Assembly: GCA_964188305.1 (NCBI GenBank)
Contig: OZ076886.1
Source of the DNA: Podarcis bocagei
Lineage: Eukaryota
DNA length: 64,000 nt
Direction: 5' to 3' (one strand)
Shown here: positions 37,686-49,326 of the stretch, piece after piece
Layout of the letters: each line of letters starts with the position of its first letter
How positions within the stretch are numbered: position 1 is the stretch's first letter
Notes under the pieces: generated by a model
Database searches by the model: none
What the model was told of the DNA's origin: nothing
What the model saw: the letters and a program-made list of their open reading frames with translations, nothing else
Position numbers and translations under genes: made by a program

Positions 37686-38027
37686 AGCAGGATTCCAGGG
37701 GTTTCCAGGCGCTCACCCAGTGTTTCCATTGGGAAAACTGAGGCGCAGTGGAGGCTAATCTATTTAAGAAATATGGTTCATTTTACACCTAAAGTCTTCA
37801 ATGGAGGGAGTGCAGAACGCTTTTTTCACTCAGAACTCGTCTCAGGTGGGCCTCATTGCCATTCTAAGAGAACTTGGGAGGCGTTCCTGGTGACTTCCAG
37901 CGCCTCTTTTTCAAGAAAAATAGCACAGAGTGTCTCTCAATTTTTGAGCGTCCCCCCCCCCCCAACCGACCAGTTTGCTCCGCTTTAAAGCCAAGCAACA
38001 TCGCAAGCACAGAATGCCATGACAACG

Positions 38028-38169
38028 CGGGGCTGGGGGAAACCTGCGGGCCCTCCAGGTGTTCTTGGACTCCAATTCCCAGCATCCCTCACCATTGGCC
38101 GTGCTGGCTGCGGGTGATGGGAGCCGGAGTCCAACAGCACCTGGAGGGCCGGATAGAAAGCAAGCCCTG
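38028..38169. mobile_element. Palindromic hAT mini-MITE inside the TKT CpG island
   Basis: Arms ggccctccaggtgttcttggactcc...ggagtccaacagcacctggagggcc. Confidence 0.75.
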
Positions 38170-38548
38170 CGCCCTACGCGGGCTGAGTTGCACCCTGGGC
38201 TTTTCCACTTGGCCGCTGCGCAAATGGCGCTCAGCCGCGCCCTGCTCCCGTTGCGCGCGGAGCGAGAGGGAAGAGGACGCGGCTGTTTTCTGCGCCTCAG
38301 CCGCGCCTCTCTTCCTCGGGAGGGGAGCGGCTGGCCTTCGCAGGCGGGCGGGAGAGCTCAGTCCGCAGGCAGCGCGCTGCTGGGGAGGCGGGGGCTTTTC
38401 GGCCAGGCAGGCAGGCAGGACTCCGCCCGCGCGCCGCTGGCAGAGGTGGCCCCGGCGCCTGGCCCCTCCTCGCCCGGCCGAGCAGCTCCGCCTCTCCTGC
38501 CTCAGTCGCCGAGCCCGGGCCTGTCCAGCGCCACACGCTCCAGCTCCT

Positions 38549-38572
38549 GCCGCCGCCGCCGCCGCCGCCGCC
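38549..38572 (+). repeat. (GCC)8 repeat in the predicted TKT 5' UTR
   Basis: Direct reading; ends 40 nt before the ATG. Confidence 0.9.
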
Positions 38573-38612
38573 TGCAACCCGAGCCCGCCGCCGGCCACGT
38601 TCCTGCTTCGCC

Positions 38613-38719
38613 ATGGAGGATTATCACAAGCCCGACCAGCAGACGCTGCAGGCCCTGAAGGACACGGCCAATCGGCTGCGCATCAACTCCATCAAGGCCA
38701 CCACCGCGGCTGGCTCCGG
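38613..38719 (+). CDS. TKT: Transketolase coding exon 1 ([36 protein letters not shown])
   Basis: Strong Kozak context gccATGG; donor GG|gtgagc; 107 nt. Confidence 0.97.
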
Positions 38720-41700
38720 GTGAGCCAAGGGGGAGAGGGAGGGAGGGAGGGAGGGAGCCGGGCTCGACTCAGGCAGAAGTGCCGGGACTCACACGCCTGC
38801 CGGCCAGTCACGCCTTCTCTCTTGGAAGGCCCCGGATCTCGCAGATGAGGGATCAAGGCAGCCTTTCGAAGGAAAACTGCCTCACACCCAGTCAGACCTT
38901 TGGTCCTAGCTTAGTGTCGCGCGACTCGGACTGGCAGTCGGCACTCGGGGTTTCCAGGCAAAGAGGTTCTCCCAGCCCTACAGTGGAGATGCTAAAGGTT
39001 GACCCGAGCACCGTTTGCATGCCTTTCCCCTGTAATACACGCCGCTTCCGGAGTGCAGACCTGTTTCTCCAGAGCTGAGCGTTGGCTGAAATGAACTCAC
39101 GGAGGGATGGCAGCAGTCTGCCTGACATTCAGCACTGGCTGCCCGCCTTTGATCTTGCCCCAGGTTTCCCACCCACAGTGTGGGATTGGGGTGGAAAGTT
39201 GCTCTATTGGTGCCTTCTGTAAATGTCCCATGGCACCTTTATTCCAGGGTAGATCTTACTTGGGTACTGGCTATCCTCCTAAGAACAGACCCTTACCATT
39301 TTCTGAGCAAGGTGGGGTCAACTCTCTTAACATCTATTTTTTGCTCCCACCCACAACATATCAAAGCATTATCCAACTGCCTGAAGGTAGGAAAATGCAC
39401 TTGCTGTCTCCTTAAGCAGATCATACCTTTATTGGCATTTCACCCCATAAGATGGATAAGTTCTCGTCTCGTCCCTTCACTCTTAATAATCCTAGCTAGC
39501 AGAAGGTATCCCCTACTTAAGTGTCTCTTTAGTACTGTGTAGCCCAAGAAGATAGTTGTGCTTTCCTTCCCTGGTCCTGCTACAAATGATTCTAGAACAA
39601 GGCTACTAATGTGTCGAACAGCCTTGACACTACAGCTGTTTGTGTGGACTTCTGTGCCTCTGGATGAAATTTGGTCCAAATCTTGCCTCTTACTGTTGCG
39701 TGTGTGTGTGCAGTCCTGGGGATTTCTGCAGAGATCTGACTGTTGAAATCTATTGAGTTATGCATCGGTCATCAAGCCACAATGTGCGTACACTGTTACC
39801 TAAACATTGTATTTGAGTTCAATAGGGTGTTTCTCTTGGAGCAATAATTAATTTCACAGCTTTGCCCAAATGGGCTAGTGATATCTTAAACATACCTATT
39901 TGCATACCACCTGTTTTTTCCCTTTTCTTAAAAAGCAGTAAAGATAAATAAAATATAGAGCTGAAGATCTTTGTTCTTACTGGGAAACCTTGAATTTTGA
40001 GTTGCAAAATGGGTTCAGAGCTTCCACTAGGTTTTGAAATGCAGGTTTAAAGCAATCTTTAGGTGTCAGTTATGTTTCACAACTCATATAATAAGCAAAC
40101 CTGGTTTGGCAACCTAAAGCTTTCAACAGCCATACAATTTAATGGAGGATTTTCTTTGGATAGAAGACGTAGCCATTACAAATCACTTTAGAAGGTTGCA
40201 GATATAGCGAAGATGCAAATAGAATTAGATAGAATTATTTGCTTCATCTGTAGCTGGATTGAATTTGGGATTTGTGTAAGTTCCAAGGAGCTGAACAAAC
40301 CCATTTTCATCTGTTGCCTGCAGCCCTATACACATTTATCTGGGAGTAAGTCCCATTAAACTCATTGGGGCAACTTTTGAATAGACCAATGTTAGGATTG
40401 GTCTGGATGTAATAATTGTCCCTGGAAGATACAGATCAGAACTATATATGCAGTAGTTATCTGCAAATACACTTGCGTGTGAAAATTATTACCTCACCTG
40501 TGGCTGTGAAAAATGAATAAGAATGATAAAACACTGAACACTGGATGTTTGTGTTGATGAAATATTTTTGTGTTTTATATGTTTTGATAAAGGGCTCATT
40601 GCATCACAACCCTTTTTACATCATATAGATTGGTTCAAAAGCTTATTTTTTAGAAAGAGAACGGAGTTAATTGCTCTTAAATACTGTATAGGGGCTTTTC
40701 TGATTATACTCATACAGTTTGTTTATGCATGTAGTGTGTGTGTGTCCAAATGTTTGGCTCAGTGTGGATAGCGTGCAGAATCAGCCCTTCTACCATAATG
40801 CTGTCTGCTTTAATCATGTGCAGTAAAGTGGGCAGCTAAAATCAGAGCGTCCAGAAAGCGTGAGAGTATAATATTGACAGTGTATTTTTGACACAGATGA
40901 ATTGGGATATAAGGTTCTTCATGCATATGATATGACAGAAAGGGAACTCAGGAATGCTCTCTTGACGCACAGTTGGAAGAAAAACAATTTATGCTTTTGG
41001 CCAAGTTCTTTCTTTTGTACCCAACAGTCGTAACTAATTATCGGCAAAATTTCAAGTTCGCCAAAGTGGGATTATTTTTCAAATGCCTGAAGTCTCATAT
41101 GGGCAGTTTATTCAGGCTTTAGAATAGAGGTTATTTTAGGCTCTGTCTGCAGATTCCAGAGTTAGTCTAGTTTTGCTTGTACTCTGCGATGGGAAAAATT
41201 CATTGTCTTTTGATGTGAAAATCAAGCTATTTCCCCACATCAAACAGGTTTATTTAATGTTCCATTGAAAAACACTGATTTTCTAAAATCTCTACAATAT
41301 ATTTACTTTGTTTCAGCTGAGGATTGTATTTTTTTATTTTCTGTTGATTGTATGTGCTATATTATATAGGGTTCACGTTGTTACATTTTAAAATTTAATT
41401 TTTAGAAGCAAAAGTTTTCTGTAAGGTTGAAACATCTGCCCATGTTTTAAATTCCTTTTGTCTGTAGTGATCTCACTGAATTTTGTAAGGTTCATGAAAA
41501 TGCCATCGTTGGAGGCATTCCTGCAATGAATTTCATTTACATGGAATGCTAAATTCTGACAACCACACATTCTGTTCTGAGGTCCATCTGAAGGACTAGG
41601 GATCATAATACATACATATATATTTAAATGTAAACCCTTCCACCTTGTGTTGGGCAACAAAGTTGCAACAAAAGAAAAGTGATGGACCCATTTTGAATTT

Positions 41701-42289
41701 GAATGAATTAAAACAATTGCACCATAGTTCAACCTTAACGTTGGTTCAATGTGACATCAGACCTGAGAAACCATGATTTGTAATGGAACTGAAAATTACA
41801 ACCGGGAACATGATATGAAATGAGTTTGCTTGTACTAGCTGTAATTCCATGATTGTCTGAATTGACACACCATAGGTATGGCTGATGCCTTGGTGCACCA
41901 TTAAGGCAGAAAAGCTGGGGAAAATGAAAGTGCACATGTGACTTCAGTTGTAGCATCTTCATGAGTGCTCTATTCTGCTCACAGGATAGATCTCCTTTTT
42001 CATAGCCTAACTCTTACTAGATGGTTCCTCTGTAGCTGTGTTCAGGGCAGCTCACAGTATTAGAGGAGTTGGGAACAAACATTGAACAGCCTTATAACGA
42101 GTCCCTTTGTAAGAGAAGTAACAACAGCAAGAATCTAAATGCAAGTGTACATTTTAAAACTGATATTAGTTCTAATCATCGTGCTGATTTGCCTTGAAAG
42201 GAGCGTATTCTGCTTGATCCTAAAGTTCACCAAGTCATGTAGAAGGTGGCAAAAACCTTGTTCTCCCAGATGGAGCTCAAAATGACTTT

Positions 42290-43112
42290 ATATTGGTTGT
42301 GGGTGGTGTTAGCAACTCGGTGCGCGGCTTCACCATCCTCCTGAAGCCACACTGTTCCGTGGGCAGTTGCTCCGCCCTCCTGGCTGCCGCAGTGCCTGAT
42401 GGGTTCCCACCAAACCCAGATTCAAATTCCGGCCTATCCGCGGCAGCCTGGGGGTGGGGCAAGAGCAGCAGACTGAGTTGGAGCAGGCTTCACTCTGGTC
42501 CGCTCCAGAAGCATAAAAAGGGGCCAGAGCTGACCTCTAATCTTGTTTTTTCTTACAGGCTAACCTTTCTCCTTTTGGGTTCTCTGGCATTGATATGGTT
42601 GTACAATGGCTGCTGTTTTCTCACAGCTGGGAAAGAATTTCCCCTGCTCTACAGGTTTTGTCTACCCCATAGCAATTGTCACAATTTTGGCGATTTTAGG
42701 CATTGGGCGGAATCCTTAAGTCTTAACAACTGAAAGAGGGTAAAGTGGTGACATCCCTTTTGCGGCAGCGACACCAGGGTACCCTGTTAAAGGGGTCTTG
42801 AGGGGGAGTCTTTGTCCACAAGGGCACTACAAGTGGGCCATAGAACTCCCCCCAGCGACGTGGGAGAGAGCCAGTTGCGTAAACACACATTTTGCAGTGG
42901 CCCCATATTCCCGTTCGACCGTGACTTGCCTCAAACCCCCAGCAGGGGGGCTGAGAGGGATACACACCCAGTGCCTGTGCCAAGGTTTCCTACATGTGAA
43001 ATTCAATAAAGTTGTGGCCATTTCAATCCCTAAGGATGTTGTCGTGTCTCCTGCTTGATCCTGAGGTCTGGTTCCCAGAGGGGTGGGGTGGGGACTTTGC
43101 CTGGGCACGCAA
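42290..43112 (+). mobile_element. LTR-like solo repeat, probably from a DIRS/Ngaro-type tyrosine-recombinase retroelement
   Basis: TATA-like cataaaaag; AATTCAATAAAGTTGTGGCC; ends CACGCAA; no TG..CA termini; left end approximate. Confidence 0.5.
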
Positions 43113-44159
43113 AAACCATTTATAACTAGCCACCATTGCCAGCTGAGCTTCAAGCAGCAAATCTGGATCCAGAGCAGCAAATTGATTCTGTCAGTGCCAT
43201 GCCTCTCCAGAGCAGGCAATGCAGCCTCATTCTGCAATCTCCATTTCTTTATAATTCAGCTTCAGACTTCCCAAATATATATCATGCATTCTTTAGCAAT
43301 CAACTTAAGAGCTTGCAAATGGATAGAGAGGCAGTTTGGATTCACCAGATTTTGAGTGTGCCTCTAGTTGAGGGCAAATAGCATTCCTCAGCCTTGGTCA
43401 CAGCTCTTCTGTACTTTCAAAGCCTGTGCTAATTTTTATGCACATTAAAATGTGACTCTGTCACAAATTGCTACATCTCTTGTAACAAAGTAACTTGTTA
43501 AGGCAAAACCATTTCTGAGGAAGTATATGGAATGAGTGGAGGGAAAATGAAGCAGGTTCTGGGGGCAGGGGAAAAAAGTACCTAACCATAAAGCAGAACC
43601 CTTAGAAGGAAGTTGCCTTTCATATTCTCGGTGTGGTGTTGCAATAGCTATATTTACCATTTTACAACATCAAGGTGGTTCCTGTTTTATTTTTTGAGGT
43701 CAGTTGGAGTTCTGTCTGAAGGAGACTGTGAGGATGCAAAGCCTAGTGACTGGGAAATTAAGAGATGGGAACAATGTGATTATACAGTACATCCAAATAC
43801 AGGATCAATATTTATTTGAAAAGTTCCTTTAGTAAATAGCAGGGAGCAGAGACTCAGTACTCAGTTCGGCAAGATCTAATTCCTCCTTTGTTATCCCTGG
43901 GGCCAGATACTAGAATGAATAGATGTAGAATGAATAGATGGATATCAATTCTTGCCACTCCTTGGGAGCAGAAAATGGCCAGAAGTAAATGCATGATGAA
44001 TCATGTTATGGGGCTCTGCAAGTCTCCAGTTGATATGCCCTACCCACTTCTTTGTTTGCACTAACAGAAAAGTGCCTGAGGACGCTTGGGTAGTCTTTTA
44101 GTCCTCTTTCCCTATTGTGTCCAGACTGAGCCATCTAGTAGAGTCTTAAAAGGGTCTCA

Positions 44160-44177
44160 TGGCCACCAGGGGGCAAG
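44160..44177 (+). promoter_or_regulatory. CTCF-binding motif in TKT intron 1
   Basis: TGGCCACCAGGGGGCA matches the first 15 nt of the consensus TGGCCACCAGGGGGCGC. Confidence 0.6.
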
Positions 44178-44450
44178 TAACATGCCAGTTGTGGGAGGAG
44201 CCAGAGGTAGAAGTAGGTGATGGTGACAAACAATCCAGAGCTGGAAGAAGGAGTCAGCCTTTGTCCATGATGACACTTATCTTCCTTGAGTGGCAATGAT
44301 GAATGAGTGCATGCTCAGACTATGTAACTGCCTTTTCAAGGGGACTCTGACTGCACCCAGAACAGGCTGTCTACCTAATTCCAGAGAAAGCAATCTACTA
44401 ATCTACAGGACCTCCCTCTTGTCTGGATTCAGTATCTACTTACTGGTCCT

Positions 44451-45050
44451 CATAGAATTATAGAGTTGGAAGTGATCCCAAGGGTCTTCTACTCCAACCC
44501 CCTGCAATGCAGAAATCCCAACTATATATACATGACAGATGGCCACCCAACCTCTGCTTAAAAACCTCCAACAAAGGAGAGCCCACAACCTCCCAAGGGA
44601 AACCATTCCACTGTCAAATAGCTCTTACTGTCAAAGTTCTTCCTGAGTCTCTCTTTCTTTGTTTTTTGTAACTTCAATTCATTGGTTCAAATCCTATCCT
44701 TCAGAGCAGGAGAAAACAAGCTTGCTCCATCTTCCGTGTGACAGCTGTTTAGATATTTGAAGATGGCTATCATATCTCCTCTCAGTCTCCTTTTCTCCAG
44801 GTTAAACATACCCAGCTCCTTAATCCGTTCCTCATAAGACTTGGTTTCCAGACCCTTGATCATCTTGGTTGCCTTCCTCTGCACATGTTCCAGCTTGTCA
44901 ACATCCTTCTTAAAATGTGGTGCCCAGAACTGGACACAAGAGTCCAGGTGTGGTCTGACCAAGATAGAATAGAGTAGGACTATTACTTTCCTTGACTGGA
45001 ACACTGTACTTCTGTTGACGCAGCCTAGAATAGCGTTACCTTTTTTTGCT
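44451..45050 (-). mobile_element. CR1 LINE 3' end
   Basis: ORF 44687-45004: LYSILVRPHLDSCVQFWAP...LEKRRLRGDMIAIFKYL; ATTCTATG tail on the minus strand. Confidence 0.93.
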
Positions 45051-45099
45051 GTTGACTCCTGACCTTTTTATTATTTTTAATCTCTCTTGCAAGTCTGAG

Positions 45100-45972
45100 A
45101 TTTGGCCCGCCTGACCTTTTCCCTGCAACTGCTGGTAACTCATGTATACTCTTCCTTTGGGGTTTCCCATTTCTTATTCATTCCCTTCTTACATAGCCAC
45201 TTCCGGGCCTGCCCCAGGAGGTGGGGTTGCGGGCATCACGCCCTTCCCCACGTGAGCGGGGGCTGGTCTCAGCCCCCGCGAGAGCAGGGGAATCCCGTCC
45301 GGCCACGCCTCCCGGCCAGCCAATCGGCTGGCTGGAGGGGGCGTGGCTAGCCCTATTTAGGGCCGGAGCGGAGGGGGCTCGCCCTCTCTTCTCCGGCTAG
45401 CCCCACGTTTCCCCACCCTCCCTCCCTTTAGTTGGGCTTTAGGTAGGTCTGACTTTGCTATGGGCTTCGGCCTGTCGCCGCAAGGGGCATGGTAGGAATT
45501 TTTCCCAATTGGCAATTTCCAGCTTTTGGTTTTTCGCCTACCTCGTAGCAACTCGTCACAACTCTTCGGCATTGGCGGTAGGCATTGGTAAGAAGGGGTT
45601 AAGAGGATGTGGGGGGGGAGGAACGCCATCACCTCCCCCCAGTGAACGAAGGGTGGTCCGTTAAAGGACTCCGGGGGGCGTGGCCCTGTCCGAAGCCTAT
45701 GGAGGTGTGGGCCAAAGGCACGCCCCAGAGCGGTGACCCGGGGGAGCTCTTAGCCGACGTGCCTCGGCGGGAGACTCCCCCGATCAGTGTTAACCCTTCA
45801 CCGTGTCTCCAGCAAATGGGCTGGAGCCGGATAGTCGTTAGGACCAATGCCTAAGCCAATGCCTCTCATTCCTGAATTCAATAAAGTTGTGGCCTAATTC
45901 GCCCAATTAACCTTAATTATGGTGTCTCGTGTGTTTATTTATCTTGGTGGGGGGCGGGAACTCGCCACGCAA
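45100..45972 (+). mobile_element. Second LTR-like solo repeat (DIRS/Ngaro-like), CpG-rich
   Basis: CCAAT, GC box and TATTTA at 45320-45360; the same 20-mer AATTCAATAAAGTTGTGGCC; ends CACGCAA. Confidence 0.55.
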
Positions 45973-48391
45973 CTCAGCTCATCTGTAAGTTCCTTATGTT
46001 GCCACGCTGGTTTCATTAGATGCCTCCCATGTATCTGGGCACTGGTCAAGGAGTCAGATGACAAGGAGAAATAGAGCTAGGTGGTGTCTGCGCCATGTTG
46101 CATAGTGATAGCAACATCCTGAAGCATCCCTGCCTTTAGCACAAGCCCTGAGTTCACAGACCTGGTGATTGGTGGCTGTAGGCTGCTGGCTGTCCTACCC
46201 AGCTGGCCCTGCATGCTCAACCTGAACAATCACATTGGTTTTTGCAGGTCCTTTTCAGTGCAGCAACTCAAGGTAGTCTCTTGACTACTGCCTCCTTTGC
46301 CAACATCTGGAATAAGTGACTTTCTTAACATGGGTTCACAACCTCCATCAAGATTGTGGTGCGTGTTTCCAAATGTCTCTTCTTGGTAAAAGCTGAAATT
46401 GGTTGTTTTATGCTTTCACGTTGTTACGCCTTTCTACTCCTTTTGGGCATATTTGCCTTTGCATAATTCCACCCCACCCGCTGGCACTTGGTGTGTTTTT
46501 GCTTAATCAACTGTCCATGCTGAGTAGGCATCTTTTGTATTGCAGCTCTGTTTGTTTTGTGTTAATCCAAGCAGTTTGACCAGAACTAATAGAATTTGAC
46601 GATTAAAAGAAGAGAGGTTTGAGAAAGAACAAATGGTTATTGTAGTTTCAGAGGAATATTTTATTTTTTAAGGAATTGCAAGAAGGAAGTTACGTATGAA
46701 TGTATTTTCCATAGAATCCACTGTGTTTACATTCCTTTTCCAAAACGTGTTGTCCGTATTGGGAGTGCTGTTTGCAAATGTATAGGGAACAAGTTATTTT
46801 GCACATTGGCCAATAGTTGAAAATCTCTAGTTTCAACAGGAATTGTTTTTTACATGGAACGTGTTGAATTTCAGATATTGGAGCGTAGCTCGGCTTGTAA
46901 ACTGAATTCCAGTTACTGATGGAAGCTGAAAGGTAGAGGGTGTGCTCTACTATGTCTTCTGCAACACCTTAGTTCATTTTGAAATCTGCTTGAAGCCTTT
47001 TGCAGAAGTCTTATGAAAATTAGTGGTACTTGCAGAACACTATTGCTTACTGTGTTTGCAATATCGGTATTTTGCAATCTAATCCTAAAGCTGCTGTCAT
47101 ACTCCCACATACCTGTAAGTAAGCCCTGTTGAATTCAGTAAGACTTACTTTTGAGTAGACATAGCTAGAACTGTGTTGTCCATCTTGCCAAGTTTAATCG
47201 GACTTGCTTCCTGGTAACCAAGGTTGCAGTCCTAAGCACATTTAACATCTCCCCCTCCAGTAGATAGGTAGCTCAATTTTCAGTTTTTATATTTTATTAA
47301 TATAATTTTAAACCTGCTTTAAAATGTTTTTAAAATGCTAACAATTATTGAAGTCCCCTACCACAAATATATCTACATATCTATATTTCTATATCTGTAT
47401 ATTTATATCTGTATCTATATCTGAGTGCCCAGAGGGGTAGCTGTGTTAGTCTGCTGCAGCAAAACAGTAAGAAGTCTTGTCTGATAAAATGGACTCTTGT
47501 CCACTACAACATATGCTGTAATAAATTAGCTAGCATTTAAGGTGCCTCAAGATTCTTTGTTGGAACTGAGAATTGTTGTGGTAAAATGTTTTTAATTGGT
47601 TGCTTTAATTTTTTTAAATTTTGTTTTCAATCCCTGTTTAATTTTTCTTCTTCTACATGTTCATCAATAGGTTTATTTAAAAACTTTACCCTCAGAGCAG
47701 CAGTTCTTTAGAGAGATGGTTAAGTATAACATTTATAAGAATTAAGGAATGAAAGCCTTTTAAGCAAGCATGTAAGGTTTACTGATTAACAGCCATGTGT
47801 AAATATTTACTAATACATGTTTTTGAGTCGTGACTTAAATCTAATTATTTTAATTCCTAGCGTGCAAGTACTTAACAAGGGATGAGCACTAACCTTTACT
47901 CCTGTTTTTTTAAAAAAGCATTTGCATGTGTTTTAAGAAATTGTTAACGAGAGTGCTGTTCCCAAAGGGGTTTGGATTAGGAAGCAATATTTAATTGGCA
48001 GCTTGATAATTAGCACATTATATAGGCTTAAGTCCTGTGGATGTCATACAACTGTTGTATCATGTGTTTGGATTTATGATTTTAAAATGCTAACATGCAT
48101 GGAAAATGTAGTCAAAGGGAAAATGCCTTGTGACAGCCAAACTAGTAGACCATTGCTCTATGAACAGGATTTCTGGCTGTTAACTATTATAGCTGCCCTA
48201 TAGCATGTCAGCTAGTACTGTACAACTGACAATTCATTCCACTGGATCATTACAAGCTACTGACGCTTTTAGACTAGTAATGTTTAAAATTGAGCATGAT
48301 CCTGGGTCACAGACTTCAGCCATAAATTTATGAACCGTTTTACTCTAATTCTGTAGTCCATAATACACTTATACTAGGGAGTAGCCTCATT

Positions 48392-48752
48392 GGGACGCGG
48401 GTGGCGCTGTGGGTTAAACCACAGAGCCTAGGGCTTGCCAATCAGAAGGTCGGCAGTTCAAATCCCCACGATGGGGTGAGCTCCCGTTGCTCGGTCCCTG
48501 CTCCTGCCAACCTAGCAGTTCAAAAGCACATTTCAAAAGTGCAAGTAGATAAATAGGTAGCGCTCCGGCGGGAAGGTAAATGGCGTTTCCGTGCGCTGCT
48601 CTGTTTCGCCAGAAGCGGCTTAGTCATGCTGGCCACATCACCCGGAAGCTGTATGCCGGCTCCCTCGGCCAATAAAGCGAGATGAGCGCCGCAACCCCAG
48701 AGTCATCCGCGAATGGACCAAACAGTCACGGGTCCCTTTACCTTTACCTTTT
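48392..48752 (+). mobile_element. Sauria SINE, full length
   Basis: Same head, body and tail as 26339; TSD AGCCTCATTG/AGCCTTATTG. Confidence 0.9.
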
Positions 48753-48776
48753 AAGCCTTATTGAACCCAGTAGAAC

Positions 48777-49326
48777 AGGAGAGAGGAACCTCCAGCCCAG
48801 GGGGCCAGTTTTGGCCTGCCAACTTTCCCCATTTGGACTGCAAAGCCATTTTGGGCAAGCCATGCTCACCTGTCCTACTTCTGAGGGTCATACAGTTAAG
48901 GGTGGGGGGCCTTTGAAATGCTGCACAAAACTGGTACCCAGCACTAAGTAGGATTGCCCTCCTGGTACATTGGCTGATGCAAAGAAAGGGTGATCCTACA
49001 GGAAACTCCCTCACACACCCAAATCTGCTCAGTTTGGCTGCACTTTCAGAGCGCTCAGCAGGTAGCAAAGCACTGCTAAAAGCAAGCTTTTTCTTCATTT
49101 CAGCAGCTGTTTCACTGTAAACCCCTTGTAGTGAAACAGATGTTAGCAGTGCCTTCCTGCCTGCTACAAACTTTGAAGTCCTGACTTTGGGATTTCAAAG
49201 GGCAAAATACCTTGATATTGTTTGTGACAGAATGTGGGTTGACAGGTAGGCATCCTCACTCACTTGTTAAATTTGGCCCATGAGTTGGATCTGGCCTGTG
49301 GAGCCAAAAGGTTTCTCCACACTTGA
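48777..49326. mobile_element. Old hAT (Charlie-like) non-autonomous element
   Basis: Ends caggagagaggaacct / aggtttctccacacttg, with GGGCC/GGCCC subterminal motifs. Confidence 0.5.

Larger units (their letters stand above)
38020..39110 (+). promoter_or_regulatory. TKT: CpG island / TATA-less promoter and 5' UTR of TKT
   Basis: Very GC- and CpG-rich versus flanks; GC box (gggaggcggggg ~38383); spans exon 1. Confidence 0.9.

Noticed and set aside
37874-38848. Long overlapping ORFs (324, 199 and 169 aa)
   Set aside because: Stop-poor CpG island producing low-complexity Ala/Arg/Pro translations; the real CDS starts at 38613 in another frame
44687-45004. 105-aa minus-strand ORF as a nested gene
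   Set aside because: It is the C-terminal part of a 5'-truncated CR1 ORF2
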